Below are positions 8,973-17,868 of a stretch of DNA of 33,439 nt, piece after piece (the first letter of the stretch is position 1; every line of letters starts with the position of its first letter). The DNA is taken from contig JADMKH010000032.1 of the NCBI GenBank assembly GCA_018780025.1, positions 1-33,439 on the forward strand. Direction: 5' to 3'. The position numbers and the translations under genes are program-made. The stretch comes from Thiobacillus sp. Lineage in GTDB: Bacteria; Pseudomonadota; Gammaproteobacteria; Burkholderiales; Thiobacillaceae. The notes under the pieces were generated by a model that saw nothing but the letters and a program-made list of their open reading frames with translations, did not search any database and was not told where the DNA came from.

Positions 8973-10471
8973 TGTTCGACCACCGCCTGATCCTGCTTGC
9001 CACACCCAACCAGATCGGCGTACTCGACTGGCGTCCGGGGCACATGCACTGGCTGGGCGAGTTTGCAGGCAACGCCAATGGGCTGGCGGCATTTCACAGG
9101 ATTATCGTCAAGCATGCGCACCTGCCGGTGCTGCTGGTCGTCGACACGGTAGACGAGGATTACCGCAGCGAGATCATGCCGCACGTGCAAGGGCGCGCGC
9201 GCGATGAATTGCTCGCGCGCAAACTCAAGCAGGTGTTCCGCAATGCGCGCTTTACCGGCGCGTGGCTGCAAAAGCGCGAAACCACGGGGCGTCGCGACGA
9301 TCGTTACCTGTTGACCGCCTTGACCGATACCGACTGGTTGATGCCCTGGCTTTCCGTGCTGCACCGTGAGCACGTGCCGTTGTCCGGCATCACCCCGCTG
9401 GCACAGGCCTGCCAGCACATGCTGGGCAAACTGCGCATCCAGGAGCCGCACACCCTGCTGGCATGCCGCCTCAACAGCAGCTTGCGGCTGTCCTACTACC
9501 ACGAAGGCATGCTGCGTTTTTCCCGCCTGATCGGCGGCGACACGCCCACGCAATTACCGGGCAATGCCGCCGATGAAATCGCCAAGACACAGCTTTATCT
9601 CACCGGTCAGCGCATCCTGCCGCGCGAAGCGCGCCTGCACGTATTGCTGCTCGATCCCAGCGGGCAACTGGACAGCGCACAGGCGCAGCTCAATGCCGAT
9701 CCGGCGTTCAGCACCCGGCTGATTGACCTGTCCAGCCTTGGGCGTGCGTTACGCATTCCGGATAACTTTCTGGCTGCCACGCCAGAAGTGGCCCCTTTGG
9801 CAGCGATTGCGGGCGAGGCCATCCAGCTCAATCTGGCGCCCCCCGAACTGCTGCAGCGGCACACGGAGTTTCGCTGGCGTCGCAGCCTGCATGCGGCTGC
9901 CTGACTTATCGCAATGCTGGGATTGGGCATCACCGCTGCCTACTGGTTGCAGGCTCAGGACCTGAACGACCAGACCCACCAACGCGCCCAGCAGCTTCAG
10001 CAATTCAAGGCCCGCCATCAAGCGATTGTGGATTCGTTTCCGGCACAAACCGCCGCCCCCGAGCAGCTGGCGCAAACCGTCACGCTGGCACGCCAGCTTG
10101 ACGCCCCGCAGCCCAACGCCCTGGGTCTCCTCGCCGCACTCGGGCAGGCCATGGATGCGGAACCGGAGATCACCCTGAACACGCTGGAATGGATCGACGG
10201 CACGCTCATGCCCACGGGCCAGATCCATGTAAACATCGACGCTTCGCTTGCGCCATTCGATGGCAACTACCGTGCCGCCATGCAACGCATCGAACGATTC
10301 ATGAGCCGCCTGCAGGCTGTCCCCACCCTGTTCGAGGTGCGCTTGCGCAGCAGCCCGGTGAATGCCGATTCCAGCAGCACCCTGTCCGGTAAAACCTTTG
10401 GGCCCAATACGGCCGAAGCGCCCGTTGTGCACTTCGGCCTCAGCCTGACCTACCGCGAGGCCCAGCCATGA
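8969..10471 (+). pseudogene. PilM/PilN-like (MshI-like) alignment protein split by an in-frame TGA at 9902-9904
   Basis: ORFs 8969-9904 and 9914-10471 share a frame; reading through gives a continuous TM helix (SLHAAA*LIAMLGLGITAAYW) after the LNLAP motif. Confidence 0.7.
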
Positions 10472-11067
10472 AACGCCCGCCGTTCGCAGCTCTCAGGCTA
10501 TCCATGTTGCTGGTGCTGGTGTCGTTAATGCTGGCAACAGGAGGCGCACTCTGGAACTGGAATCAGGCGCAAAACGCAGCAGCCGAATTGCAACAGGAAA
10601 ACACGGCTTTGAATTCCGCGCGCCAGCAACTCGACCGCAGCCGCCAGCAGCAGCAGCTCATCGCCATCCACCTGCCCGCTTATCGGGCGCTCACGGCGCG
10701 CGGCTTTGTCGGCCCCGAAGACCGTCTGGCCTGGATCGAGGCCGCGCAAAATGCCAACCGCGACGCGCAGCTCTACGGCCTGGATTATCGACTCGCGCCA
10801 CGCATGGCCTCGCCGCCCGCCCTTGCACAGGGATTGGCGCTTGGCCAGACCAACATGACGCTGATCTTCCCCGTGCTGGTGGAAACCGATCTCCCCCGTT
10901 TTTTGGCTGCGCTCAAGGCGCGCGCGCCCGGCGTGGTTCGGGTTCATGGCTGCAGCCTGTCCATGCAGGCCTCCCCCGCTTTCGAGGCGATCAACCAGCC
11001 ACACATGCAAGCCGAATGTGAATTGCAGTGGTTTACCGTCGCGCCTGCGACAGGGCGTGCCCAATGA
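10468..11067 (+). CDS. PilO/MshJ-like membrane protein
   Basis: N-terminal TM helix, coiled coil, EDRLAWIE motif; position in operon with ATGA overlap. Confidence 0.7.
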   Translation: MKRPPFAALRLSMLLVLVSLMLATGGALWNWNQAQNAAAELQQENTALNSARQQLDRSRQQQQLIAIHLPAYRALTARGFVGPEDRLAWIEAAQNANRDAQLYGLDYRLAPRMASPPALAQGLALGQTNMTLIFPVLVETDLPRFLAALKARAPGVVRVHGCSLSMQASPAFEAINQPHMQAECELQWFTVAPATGRAQ

Positions 11068-11525
11068 AAACCTGTTCACCACAGAGTCAAGGCACAGAGA
11101 ACAGCAGACCCGTTCGGCGCGGGATGGGGCATCACGGTTCAGCCTGGATTTTCTCTGTGTCTCTGTGCCTTTTATGCCCTTTAGGGTACTGTGGTTCAGT
11201 GTTTGCAGCGCCATCCGACTTGCCCGGCCGCCTGTTCTACACCCCGGCCCAGCGCGCCCAGCTCGAAGCTGCCCGCGCCCGCAACGTCACCCAGGTCAGG
11301 CAGGCGGGACCTGCGGTCGGCCCGCCCCCTGTACGCTTCGACGGCATGGTCATCCGCTCCGACGGCAAGACAACGCGCTGGGTCGACGGCCAGCCGCAGG
11401 TCGGCGCGTCCGGGGTGACCGGCCTGAAGCCAGGCCAGATCCGCGCCGACGGCAAGGTGTATGAACCCTACCAGGTGCTGCGTCCCAACCCGGTTGAAAC
11501 CCGCGAAAAGGAAAGCACGCCATGA
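11064..11525 (+). CDS. MshK-like small exported protein, N-terminus contains a palindromic element
   Basis: GRLFYTPAQRAQLE and FDGMVIRSDGK motifs; ATG 11064 overlaps the upstream TGA (ATGA). Confidence 0.7.
   Translation: MKTCSPQSQGTENSRPVRRGMGHHGSAWIFSVSLCLLCPLGYCGSVFAAPSDLPGRLFYTPAQRAQLEAARARNVTQVRQAGPAVGPPPVRFDGMVIRSDGKTTRWVDGQPQVGASGVTGLKPGQIRADGKVYEPYQVLRPNPVETREKESTP
11078..11195. repeat. CACAGAG-type palindromic element inside a coding region
   Basis: ACCACAG/CTGTGGT termini, with AAGGCACAGAG/CTCTGTGCCTT and CACAGAGAA/TTCTCTGTG inverted pairs. Confidence 0.8.
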
Positions 11526-11581
11526 CCCTCCTTTTCCTGTATTTTGATACCGGTTTACGCTACTGCCCATGAAACGTAAAC

Positions 11582-11618
11582 TTGTCCTTCATGATATGGT
11601 CAGATAAGATGGCCATAT
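11582..11618 (+). promoter_or_regulatory. Sigma70 promoter and palindromic operator of the TA operon
   Basis: TTGTCC (11582-87), 17 bp, TAAGAT (11605-10); ATATGGTCA (11594-602) / TGGCCATAT (11610-18) inverted repeat; AAGGAG RBS. Confidence 0.7.
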
Positions 11619-11631
11619 TAAGGAGATTAAG

Positions 11632-11859
11632 ATGAGTCAGTTCAATATCGCAGAAGCAAAATCCCATTTTTCCGAGCTAGTGAAAAAAGCCATGCTGGGT
11701 GAGGAAGTGGTGATCGCCAAGGACAACAAGCCTATCCTGAAGCTGGTATTGATGGCGGCAGACACGAAGGAAAGAATGCCGGGGTCGGCAAAAGGCAAGG
11801 TCACTTATATGGCGCCGGATTTCGATAGCACGCCAGAAGATTTTCAGGATTACACCTGA
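11632..11859 (+). CDS. Phd/YefM-family antitoxin
   Basis: NIAEAKSHFSELV...GEEVVIAK pattern; acidic tail DFDSTPEDF. Confidence 0.9.
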   Translation: MSQFNIAEAKSHFSELVKKAMLGEEVVIAKDNKPILKLVLMAADTKERMPGSAKGKVTYMAPDFDSTPEDFQDYT

Positions 11860-12245
11860 TGCGTCTGCTGCTCGATACCCATGTTTTTCTGTGGTGGGTC
11901 AATGATGCGCCGGAGTTGTCCGCCAAGGCTCGTGCGACAATTCGGAAGGGACAGAACGCGTGTTTCCTGAGTGTCGCGAGTGCCTGGGAGATGGCGATTA
12001 AAGTGAGCACAGGAAAGCTGGCCTTGTCGCAACCGGTTGAACGCTTCGTTCCTGAACAACTGGCCGCCAACGGTTTTCAGCTTCTGGGAATTGATTTTCG
12101 ACATGTCGCAAGAGTGGAAACCCTGCCATTCCGCCATCGTGACCCATTTGACCGCTTGCTCGTGGCACAGGCTATGAGCGAGAAAATGCCTATCGTTTCA
12201 GCTGATACGATACTGTCAGAATATGGTATCAAGCGAATCTGGTGA
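11859..12245 (+). CDS. vapC: VapC PIN-domain toxin
   Basis: LLLDTHVFLW, SVASAWEMAIK, HRDPFDRLLVAQA; TGATG coupling to the antitoxin. Confidence 0.92.
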   Translation: MRLLLDTHVFLWWVNDAPELSAKARATIRKGQNACFLSVASAWEMAIKVSTGKLALSQPVERFVPEQLAANGFQLLGIDFRHVARVETLPFRHRDPFDRLLVAQAMSEKMPIVSADTILSEYGIKRIW

Positions 12246-12290
12246 GTTGAAAATGAAACAGCGCATAGACGGTTTCTTTTAACAAAAATC

Positions 12291-13007
12291 GTGTCTGACC
12301 CCATAACCCGCGTAACCCGCGGCTTCACCCTGATCGAACTGGCCATCGTGCTGGTCATCATCACGATTCTGATTGGTGGGCTGGCGGTGCCGCTGTCGGC
12401 GCAGATTCAGGCACGGCGGATTGCGGAGACCAACAAGACGCTGGAGGAAGCGCGTGAGGCGATCATTGGGTACGCCATGACACACAAATCCATAACAACA
12501 AACAAGCCTTATCTACCTTGTCCGGACAGCGACGCTACCGCCGATGGAGTAGAGAATCGCGATGCAATAACGGGAATCTGTGCGCAAAATGTGGGTTGGT
12601 TTCCCTGGGTCACCCTGGGCACGGCAGCGCAGGATGCCTGGGGAAACCGCCTGCTATATCAGGTCACCGCCTCGTTCTCAAAATCGGACGGATTCTCGAA
12701 CACGGACACCGGAGACCTCCAGATATGCAGCACCAACGGCTGCGCGCTGGTCGACGTGGCCAGCAATGTACCGGCAGTGCTGGTTTCCTACGGTCCGAAC
12801 GGATGGGGGGGCCGCAATGTCAGCGGCACGTCCCTGAAAGCACCCACCAGCGCAGATGAACTGGAAAACACCGATGCTGATGTCAACATTGTCAGTCGCG
12901 CCCCGACCAAGGTCGACAGCGCCAGCGGTGAATTCGACGATCTGGTGGTGTGGCTTGCAGATGGTTTGCTCAGGAGCCGGGTGTGTCCTGCTGGCGGCTG
13001 TCCATAG
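12291..13007 (+). CDS. Prepilin-type N-terminal cleavage/methylation protein (minor pilin)
   Basis: RG|FTLIELAIVL class III signal; LPCPD, DAWGN and FDDLV motifs; start uncertain (GTG). Confidence 0.88.
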   Translation: MSDPITRVTRGFTLIELAIVLVIITILIGGLAVPLSAQIQARRIAETNKTLEEAREAIIGYAMTHKSITTNKPYLPCPDSDATADGVENRDAITGICAQNVGWFPWVTLGTAAQDAWGNRLLYQVTASFSKSDGFSNTDTGDLQICSTNGCALVDVASNVPAVLVSYGPNGWGGRNVSGTSLKAPTSADELENTDADVNIVSRAPTKVDSASGEFDDLVVWLADGLLRSRVCPAGGCP

Positions 13008-14718
13008 CCTGCAACCTGAACGTCACCCGCCCCGCCTGATTGTCCGGTAACGCCAGCCGGAACCCCGATCGCGCCGCCTGTCGCGCGGCCTGATACAAGC
13101 CCACCCCCAATCCTGAATCCGATGCCACCGGGCTCAGAAACAGATTGCGCGCCACATGCTCGGGCGCGGGGGCGCCGCTGTCGGTGATGGTCAGACTTAC
13201 CAGTGGATTCAACGAAAGACGCACTTCGATTGCCACAGCCGGTTCGTGTTGGCGTTTGCGCAAGGCGTTGGTCAGCAAATTGTCGATGACGCTATCAAAC
13301 AAATCTTGCGGCAGGGGCGTGTCGTCGATGGTATCGGCAAAAAACTGAATATCGTCGTGTTCATAACGCGTCTGCAAAGCCTTCCACCAGGTTTTTGCAG
13401 CAACACTCGCAGCATCCATTTCAGCCGGCTGCTTGAGCTTGTCGACGGTTTGCGACAGCCGTGCGGCCAACTGCGGCAGCTGGCGCTTCATCAGCGCCTG
13501 CAAACGTTCGCCGTCTTCAGGCGTCGATGTGTCCGCGGCGGCAATCAGGGTTTTCATCGACTGCAGGATGTTTTTCACGTCATGGGTCAGCCTTGCACCG
13601 GTATCGTGAATCGCCTGACTGTAGGCTTGCTCGCGCAGGGTCTGTTCGCGCACCTTGGCGGCATAAAAAAAGCCCAGCAGCTGCGACAGCAGACGCACAT
13701 GCAAAGCCAGCGCGGGGGTGAGTGGACGTTGCGACTGCCAGGTCAGGCTGAGGCCATGAAAGGCGTGGCTCACGCTATGCTCGGCCGGTTCGCCAAATAC
13801 GCCTTCGCCGCGCGCGGCCTGCCAGTGACCGCCCCGTATCCAGGTCAGTTCGTGCAGGTCGGCCAGGCCATCGCGCACGAAAGATTCCGGATCGCGCTCG
13901 CGTTCGGCCAATGTTGCCAGTCGCTGCGCCCAGCCCTCGAACGGCAGGCCCACCGACAACAGGTAGCGCGAAGTCACCTGGCCCAGCCCGGAAAACCCTG
14001 CGCGCGGGTTCCACAGCAACGACAGCGACAGCAACAATACAGCCATCCCCAACAAGGTCTGCACCAGCGCCCAGGCATAGCTCACCTTGGCCACTGCCAC
14101 CACGGCAAAGGCACCCAGCGCCACCACCATAATGAGCAATGACAGCATCAAGCCATAGACGAAATCAAGTGTCGAGGAAGCGGTCTTCTGGCGGGTTGCG
14201 GGTAAAAACAGGATCAACAGCGGAATTAACGCTAACCCGTAATGCACCACCGGTTTCAATTCATCAGGGAGGGACGTGTCGCCCAAGCTTTGGGGCAACA
14301 CCCAAGCCAATAGAAGTGCAAGCAAATACGCTAAAGCAAGCAAATACGCCCACCGGGAAAACCGCTCGTTTTGCGACGTTCCCACCGCCCCCATGAGGCC
14401 GGCCAAAATCGCCAACCACAATGCCATCACCCAGGTGCTGTCCACCAGCACCAGCAAAGCGGCCATGGCGAACACCGGCAACGCAAGACGCGGCTCTATC
14501 CGCGATTCACTGCGCACCACCGGCTGCCACAGCAAAAACAGGCCGTAATGCGCCAGTAAAAATGCGCGTGTGACTGCGGGCTCAGCGTCAATGACCACGG
14601 CCGCATGCAACGCCAATAGCATCAAGGCCAGCCAGCGTCCGGGCCCCACCTGCACGAGCCGGTTGGCCAGTGAAGTCAGCCAATTGACATGCGGCGCGGT
14701 GTCGACGTGTTCGTTCAT
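12970..14718 (-). CDS. Membrane sensor histidine kinase, PrsK-like
   Basis: Multiple TM helices; H-box LTHDVKN, N-box DNLLTNA, DSG, GLGVGLY; ATG at 14718 (ORF track starts at 14766). Confidence 0.85.
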   Translation of the reverse strand: MNEHVDTAPHVNWLTSLANRLVQVGPGRWLALMLLALHAAVVIDAEPAVTRAFLLAHYGLFLLWQPVVRSESRIEPRLALPVFAMAALLVLVDSTWVMALWLAILAGLMGAVGTSQNERFSRWAYLLALAYLLALLLAWVLPQSLGDTSLPDELKPVVHYGLALIPLLILFLPATRQKTASSTLDFVYGLMLSLLIMVVALGAFAVVAVAKVSYAWALVQTLLGMAVLLLSLSLLWNPRAGFSGLGQVTSRYLLSVGLPFEGWAQRLATLAERERDPESFVRDGLADLHELTWIRGGHWQAARGEGVFGEPAEHSVSHAFHGLSLTWQSQRPLTPALALHVRLLSQLLGFFYAAKVREQTLREQAYSQAIHDTGARLTHDVKNILQSMKTLIAAADTSTPEDGERLQALMKRQLPQLAARLSQTVDKLKQPAEMDAASVAAKTWWKALQTRYEHDDIQFFADTIDDTPLPQDLFDSVIDNLLTNALRKRQHEPAVAIEVRLSLNPLVSLTITDSGAPAPEHVARNLFLSPVASDSGLGVGLYQAARQAARSGFRLALPDNQAGRVTFRLQAMDSRQQDTPGS

Positions 14719-14810
14719 GCCGGAAAAAGGCTCATCAAGACCCTGCTTCGGCGAGACATCGCCCACGCTATCCGCCCTTTAAAACCAGTGTCCATCTATC
14801 CCCCAATCTC

Positions 14811-14846
14811 TGCCGGAATTCTGGCAGGAGTGTCGTATTTTCGACA
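14811..14846. promoter_or_regulatory. Tandem upstream activator sequences
   Basis: TGCCGGAATTCTGGCA (14811-26) and TGTCGTATTTTCGACA (14831-46), 20 bp apart, TGT-N10-ACA type. Confidence 0.65.
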
Positions 14847-14891
14847 AACCACCCGCTATTCGAAGGCAAAAACCGATACTTTAATTTTTAA

Positions 14892-14904
14892 TATCAAACA
14901 GTTA
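14892..14904 (+). promoter_or_regulatory. IHF binding site
   Basis: TATCAAACAGTTA matches WATCAANNNNTTR exactly, preceded by an AT tract. Confidence 0.75.
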
Positions 14905-14919
14905 GAACAACACCCTGCC

Positions 14920-14935
14920 TGGCATGCATTTTGCA
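14920..14935 (+). promoter_or_regulatory. Sigma54 -24/-12 promoter of the large pilin
   Basis: TGGCATGCATTTTGCA: GG-N10-GC. Confidence 0.85.
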
Positions 14936-14974
14936 CGTTTTTCAGCCAGGCGAAAATATAACGGAGAACCTTAC

Positions 14975-15664
14975 ATGCCTCATCCCACCCTCCCGAAACA
15001 CCAGTCGGGTTTCACCCTGATCGAGATCGCCATTGTGCTGGTCATCATCGGCCTGTTGCTTGGCGGTATTCTAAAGGGGCAAGAGTTGATTAACAGCGCC
15101 CGCGTGAAAAATCTTGGCACAGACTTCCGTAATATCCCGCTGTTTATCTACGGATATCAGGATAAATTCAAGACGCTGCCTGGTGACGATCCCGCCGTAG
15201 TGGCGCATGTCGCAGGCACACAGGCCACCACGCCTGCTGGTTCCCAAGGTAATGGCGTCATTGACGGTGAGTGGAAAAGCACGACTCAGACCGATGAATC
15301 CTATCTTTTCTGGCAGCATGTGCGACTGGCCGGCTTGGCGCCCGGCGTCACCACTCCGGGTACGGGTTATGCCCCCACCAACGCGTCTGGTGGAACCATC
15401 GGCATTCAGAGCGGCACGATAGACCTGACGAAAACGCCCATTAAAGATGCAAACAACAAAGCAATCGGGGGCGCTTATATCATCTGTTCGACTGGCATTC
15501 TCGGCAAGTTTGCCAAGCAACTCGACACCCAAATGGATGACGGCGACACAGCGAAGGGCTCAATGATGGCTACACCGACTACAACTTATGCCATTGGCGC
15601 AGCAGCCACTGAGACAACGAGTATCGATGATGCAACGTCCTACACAGTTTGCATGGGCGTTTAA
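14975..15664 (+). CDS. Prepilin, probable major pilin of the system
   Basis: SG|FTLIEIAIVL signal, KGQELI motif, two Cys in the C-terminal part; GGAG RBS; has its own promoter and terminator. Confidence 0.88.
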   Translation: MPHPTLPKHQSGFTLIEIAIVLVIIGLLLGGILKGQELINSARVKNLGTDFRNIPLFIYGYQDKFKTLPGDDPAVVAHVAGTQATTPAGSQGNGVIDGEWKSTTQTDESYLFWQHVRLAGLAPGVTTPGTGYAPTNASGGTIGIQSGTIDLTKTPIKDANNKAIGGAYIICSTGILGKFAKQLDTQMDDGDTAKGSMMATPTTTYAIGAAATETTSIDDATSYTVCMGV

Positions 15665-15676
15665 GTCTATGCAGAC

Positions 15677-15708
15677 AAAAAAGCCCGCCTGAGTCGGCGG
15701 GCTTTTTT
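15677..15708. terminator. Bidirectional rho-independent terminator
   Basis: AAAAAAGCCCGCC-TGAGTC-GGCGGGCTTTTTT between convergent genes. Confidence 0.92.
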
Positions 15709-15732
15709 ACGCCCTGATCTCCACGATACGAA

Positions 15733-17703
15733 TCAACCCTGCAACACCCTGAACTCCGCCGCCGCCAGCCCATCTGCCGCACCGCGCAGCATCAGCACAT
15801 CACCCACCTGAATTTCGGTTTCTGGCTGAGGGTCAACGCCCTTGATGCCCTGCCGGCGTATGGCCACCACTTCAACCAATAGATCGTCCAGCGCCAGGCT
15901 TTCCAACTGCTGTCCTGCCGCGGCCGCGCCCTGGGTCACCAGCACGGTGTGCAGGCGCGGCTGGGATTGCTGGTCGAGTTCGTCGTCGACGTCGCTGGCA
16001 CCTCGAAAGAAGCCGCGCATCATGGCATAGCGCGTTTCGCGCACTTCACGGATGCGCTTCAGCACCTGGGAAAGCGGCACCCCCAGCAGCATCAACGCGT
16101 GCGAGGCCAGCATCAGCGAACCTTCCATCACTTCGGACACCACTTCGGAGGCACCGGCCGATTTCAAGGCGTCAATATGCGTGTCATCGATGGTGCGGAC
16201 CACAACAGGAAGCTCGGGACGCAATTCACGCACATGACGCAGAATCGCCATGCTCGAATGCAGGTCGGAATACGTCACCACAATGGCTTTTGCACGACTG
16301 AGCCCGGCGGCGACCAGCACTTCGCGGCGGCTGGCGTCGCCGTATACCACGTTGACGCCAGATGCAGCCACCGCACGAATACGCTCTGGATCGGCGTCAA
16401 GCGCGACCAGGCTGATGCCCTCTGCCTCCAGCAGACGCGCCAGGTTCTGTCCACTGCGGCCGTATCCACAGACGATTACATGCTGGGTTTTGCCGAAGGT
16501 CTTGACGGCGATGTCATGCACTTCCTTGGCTCGTCCGGCCCATTCGCTGCCGGCAAGCAGCCGTGTGAGTGTATCCATGCGATTAATCATCAAAGGTGCA
16601 ATCAGCATCGACAGCACCATCGCCGCCAGCACCGGCTGGGTGATTGCGGCGCCCAACAAGTTGAGGTCAGCCGACTGCGCCAGCAACACGAAACCAAACT
16701 CGCCGGCTTGCGCCAGCCCCAGCGCGGTGCGCACGGCAGTGGGACGGGCGCTGCCAAAAGCCATGGCGAGGCCCGTTACCAGCACAGCCTTACCGATAAC
16801 AATGGCGGCCACCAACAGCAACACGTCGCCCCAATTCACCATCACTTGCATCAAGTCGAGCCGCATGCCGATGGTGACGAAGAACAGGCCCAGCAAGACA
16901 TCGCGGAAAGGCTTGATGTCGTCTTCCACCTGATAGCGATATTCAGTTTCAGATACCAGCATGCCCGCCAGAAAAGCGCCCAGCGCCAATGACAAGCCGG
17001 CACTTTCGGTCAAAAACGCCAATCCCAACGTAAACAGCAGCAGGTTCAGGGTGAAAAGCTCGGGTGATTTGTGGCCGGCCACCCACTGGAACCACGGGCG
17101 CATGATGCGCTGGCCCACAAACAACAAAAAGCCGAGCACCACGACTGCCTTGAGCATGGCCAGCCCCAGCGTAAGCGCCATGGCATCCGATTCCTTGGCA
17201 AAGGCCGGAATCAAAATCAACAGCGGCACCACGGCCAGGTCCTGGAATAGCAACGCGCCAAATATCTGGCGGCCATGTGGCGTCTGGATTTCCAGACGCT
17301 CGGCCATCATCTTTGACACAATTGCAGTCGACGACATCGACATGATGCCGCCGAGCGCGATGGCCGCCAACAAAGGCAAATCGAGCAGCCAGGAAACCAG
17401 CGCAGTCAGTGCAATCGTCAGCCCCACCTGTGCACCGCCGAAACCAAACACGGTCATGCGCATGGTCATCAGGCGCGGCAAACTGAATTCCAGGCCAATC
17501 GAAAACATCAGGAACACCACACCGAACTCGGCCAGATAGCGCGCTTCATCGCTATCCGGAATCCAGCCCAGGGCGAACGGCCCGATGGCAATGCCCGTCA
17601 CCAGGTAACCCAGCATGGTCGGCAGGCGCAAGGCGCGCGCTGCGGCCGCCACCAGAACAGCCGCGGCGAGCAGGATCAATACAAGCTGGAGTCCGCTATG
17701 CAT
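15733..17703 (-). CDS. CPA2/Kef-type monovalent cation:proton antiporter with RCK_N and RCK_C domains
   Basis: AEFGVVFLMFSIGLEFS, LLFQDLAVV, AQAGEFGFV, CGYGRSG, YGDAS. Confidence 0.92.
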   Translation of the reverse strand: MHSGLQLVLILLAAAVLVAAAARALRLPTMLGYLVTGIAIGPFALGWIPDSDEARYLAEFGVVFLMFSIGLEFSLPRLMTMRMTVFGFGGAQVGLTIALTALVSWLLDLPLLAAIALGGIMSMSSTAIVSKMMAERLEIQTPHGRQIFGALLFQDLAVVPLLILIPAFAKESDAMALTLGLAMLKAVVVLGFLLFVGQRIMRPWFQWVAGHKSPELFTLNLLLFTLGLAFLTESAGLSLALGAFLAGMLVSETEYRYQVEDDIKPFRDVLLGLFFVTIGMRLDLMQVMVNWGDVLLLVAAIVIGKAVLVTGLAMAFGSARPTAVRTALGLAQAGEFGFVLLAQSADLNLLGAAITQPVLAAMVLSMLIAPLMINRMDTLTRLLAGSEWAGRAKEVHDIAVKTFGKTQHVIVCGYGRSGQNLARLLEAEGISLVALDADPERIRAVAASGVNVVYGDASRREVLVAAGLSRAKAIVVTYSDLHSSMAILRHVRELRPELPVVVRTIDDTHIDALKSAGASEVVSEVMEGSLMLASHALMLLGVPLSQVLKRIREVRETRYAMMRGFFRGASDVDDELDQQSQPRLHTVLVTQGAAAAGQQLESLALDDLLVEVVAIRRQGIKGVDPQPETEIQVGDVLMLRGAADGLAAAEFRVLQG

Positions 17704-17868
17704 GGGAACGCCTCTGGGTAAAACACCCCACTCCGCCCTGCATGACGTCGGCGCATCGGCAACCGGAACCCGTCAAGGCCTCGACAATGCGTAATTTCAG
17801 TGTCATCACGTTTAGCCGCATCAGGGAAATCATGGATGGATAAGCAGGCTTTAGTATACTTGCCGACC

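Larger units (their letters stand above)
11520..12309. mobile_element. Inserted TA module bounded by an imperfect 9-bp direct repeat
   Basis: CCATGACCC (11520-11528) versus CCATAACCC (12301-12309); interior visibly AT-richer; no transposase present. Confidence 0.55.

Noticed and set aside
9902-9960. Selenocysteine recoding of the in-frame TGA
   Set aside because: Position is in a TM helix rather than a redox site, and no convincing bacterial SECIS hairpin follows
12253-12282. Mini-ORF MKQRIDGFF* resembling a prepilin leader remnant
   Set aside because: Only 9 codons, no hydrophobic helix, out of frame with the pilin; could be chance
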